From the NCBI RefSeq assembly GCF_009914755.1, contig NC_060937.1: DNA of 64,000 bases; one strand, written 5' to 3'. The stretch is from the human T2T-CHM13v2.0 reference genome, Homo sapiens. The translations under genes were made by a program, and so were the position numbers. The notes beneath the pieces are model-generated. The model ran no database searches. It saw only the letters and a program-made list of their open reading frames with translations, and had not been told where the DNA came from. Of this stretch, positions 61,555 to 64,000 are shown piece by piece (the stretch's first letter is position 1; every line of letters begins with the position of its first letter).

Positions 61555-62502
61555 CCTCTCATTCACTGCTGGTGGGAATGCACAATGGTACAGCCACTTT
61601 GGACGCAGTTTGGCAGTTCCTTATAAAACTAAACATACTCTTACCTATGGTCCAGCAATCACACTCCTTGGTATTTACCCAAATGAGTAGAAAACATACG
61701 TCCACCACACAAAGACCTGTATACAGATGTTTAGAGTGGCTTGATTCATAGATGCCAAAATTTGGAAGCAACCAAGATGTCCTTCAATAGATGAATGGAT
61801 AAATAAACTATGGTACGTCCAGGCGATGGAATATTATTCAGTGCTAAAAATAAATGAGCCATCAAGCCATGAAAAACATGGAGGAAGCTTAAATCCATAT
61901 TACTAAGTGAAAGAAGCAAATCTGAAAAGGCTCTATATGGTGTGATTTCAACTGTATGGAATTCTGGAAGAGGCAAAACTATGGAGACAATTAAAAAAAA
62001 AATCTGACTGGGCATGGTGGCTCACACCTGTAATCCCAACACTTTGGGAGGCCAAGACAGGAGGATTGCTTGAGCCCAAAAATTCGAAACCAACCTTGGC
62101 AATATAGCAAAAACCCCATTTCTATTAAAAAATAAAAATAAAAACAGAAAAAGATAAAAAGAAAAATAATCAGTGATTGCCAGAGGTTGTGGAGAGAAGG
62201 GGGTGAATAGATGGAACACAAAGGATTTTTAGGACAGTGAAACTACTCTGTATGATACTACAGTGGTGAATACATGTCATTATACACTTGTCCAAACCCA
62301 TAGAATGTACAAAACCAAGAGTGGATCTTAATGTAAACTACAAACTTTGGATGATAATGGTTCATTGATTAACAAATGTACCACTGTGGTGGGGGGGGTG
62401 TTGACAGTGTGCTTGGGGAGTGTGCAGGAGGTGGCACATGGCAACTCTGCACTTTCTGCTGTGAACCTAAATCTGTTCTTAAAATATAAAGTCCATTAAA
62501 AA
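61555..62502 (+). mobile_element. L1MB-like 3' end, interrupted by an Alu monomer
   Basis: CATTCACTGCTGGTGGGAATG..CAGCAATCACACTCCTTGGTATTTACCCAAA..GCTGTGAACCTAAA. Confidence 0.85.
62004..62166 (+). mobile_element. FLAM_C / left Alu monomer
   Basis: CTGGGCATGGTGGCTCACACCTGTAATCCC..GGAGGATTGCTTGAGCCC with an A-rich tail. Confidence 0.85.
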
Positions 62503-62897
62503 GGATAGATAAGCCTTAATTTAGCCCTTTATGTATAGGAAAACCTATTGTTAGCACACACTTGCCTAGTTTAAAGAGGAGTGGAGAAGACTGGAAAGGT
62601 GGAGAAAGTGTAGAGGGAAGCCTTGCAAAAACCTTAGGCGGCTTCCAACACAGGTGAGTAGGGGGAAAGCTGCAGCCTGTGTTGTGTTACTCCTTGGTCT
62701 ATGGAAAAGAGAAACTTACTGCCAATAGTGGAAAGGCAAGTAGGCTGGCTGGTCCCTCATACTGGGAAATAAAAGGAAATAAGAGATGTATCCCGTGGTT
62801 GGAGGCCTTGCCCTCCATATTGCTGGTCATTCTTCCTGCACACTTCCACTGGATTCCCAGGTCCACAGTTTCCACATTAGACGAAGCATGGAGATGA

Positions 62898-63058
62898 AGC
62901 CATTTGCATTAGAATAATCTGGAAATACTTTATAAAAATTCAGGTTCTCAGGCCAAGCTCCTGCAAAACCAAATTCAGTCATTTGGGAGAGGGTCCAGGA
63001 GTCTGTATTTTCAAAAACTTCCCAGGAATTCTGGTGTGCAGCCAGGCATCAGAACCAC
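62898..63058. mobile_element. MER5A-like MITE
   Basis: TGCATTAGAATAATCTGG..CCAGGAGTCTGTATTTT..CCCAGG.ATTCTG.TGTGCAGCCAGG..AGAACCAC. Confidence 0.65.
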
Positions 63059-64000
63059 AAAATCTTATTGCTGAAGGAGTTACATGCCTGCTGCCAGCGA
63101 ACCAGGAAAGGAAGAGGAAGACAAACTGGAAGATGTTTATCTGATCTTCCTGGTTGTAACTAAAAGACATTCTTCTAGAGAAGCATTATTCATCATGATA
63201 GTTAAATGCCAAGTGACCGTAGGTTTTATACCATAAGGATTTTGTGAGCACATCTGAGAACTACCAGTGCATAATTAAGTCAGCAAGAACATTCACTTGA
63301 GTTCATTCTAAACACCTGACTTAAAAATGAAGGTGGAAGTTATCCGTAACTCTCTAGTCTCAGAATTTTGATCGTTGGAAGGTTGGGCCTTCCACAGCAA
63401 GATGGCCTGGCCTTGACCTGTGACTCAGTTCTGATTATTAGATTTCTTCCTTGTTTTGTGACATTCTCTCTACTCCCTTTCTTCTGTCTGTCCTCCCTAT
63501 GGTTCCCTTCCAACTCTTTCTCATATTTCTCCTCTTCCCTTGGAGTAGCTATTTGTAGCTATTTGCCAACACTGGATTTATTCCCTCCAATGAATGTTCA
63601 TATTTATTCTTCACAACTCTGTAAGATTGGTGTTGTGATTATCCACATGCTACAGATGAAGAAAGGGCAGGGTTCCAATTGATTAAGTGATTTGCTACAG
63701 GACACCCTATTAAGTGGTTGTACTCCTACTTTGTTCCTAATTCTGACACCTAAGATCATGCCTAGGTCTCCTGCTCAGAACACAAGTTCCTTGAGCCCCA
63801 GGGCCCTGCATTGATTTCCTAAGCTACCATCACAGATTTGAATCTTGCCCTTGATCCTAGCCTGGAGGTTGGTGCACAGTCTGCTGACTGACTGCCTAAC
63901 TGGGTCTCAGAACACTGTCTGCTCCTAGATTCCTCTTGCTTTGTGTGGTTTCATCTGATGAAGCCAGGAGCCCCAGATCCCAGCCCAGCCTTCTGTTGCC

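Overview
This is human (primate) non-coding DNA, rich in interspersed repeats, and I can support no host protein-coding exon in it. The 79-nt hairpin at 51525-51603 matches, from memory, the hsa-mir-4703 precursor with both mature arms. That would place the window at 13q14.3 between INTS6 and WDFY2 (recalled, not verified). The long ORFs are broken ORF1/ORF2 pieces of three dead LINE-1s: full-length at ~8663-14781 (-), near-full-length at 25753-31469 (+), and a 3' piece at ~44249-45878 (-). The rest is about 20 Alus plus L2, MIR, old L1M, MaLR/ERV LTRs and Tigger-family MITEs. I found no new gene system. The best leads are structural: (i) a solo LTR about 100 bp upstream of MIR4703 that may act as its promoter; (ii) a ~420-bp inverted duplication with one arm split by an apparent Alu-L1 chimeric insertion under a single TSD; (iii) a three-part composite L1 inside one outer TSD; (iv) a pure (GGAA)17 tract derived from an Alu tail; (v) several small snap-back or templated-insertion scars. 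Repeat subfamily names are by eye from remembered consensus sequences, and repeat boundaries are approximate.
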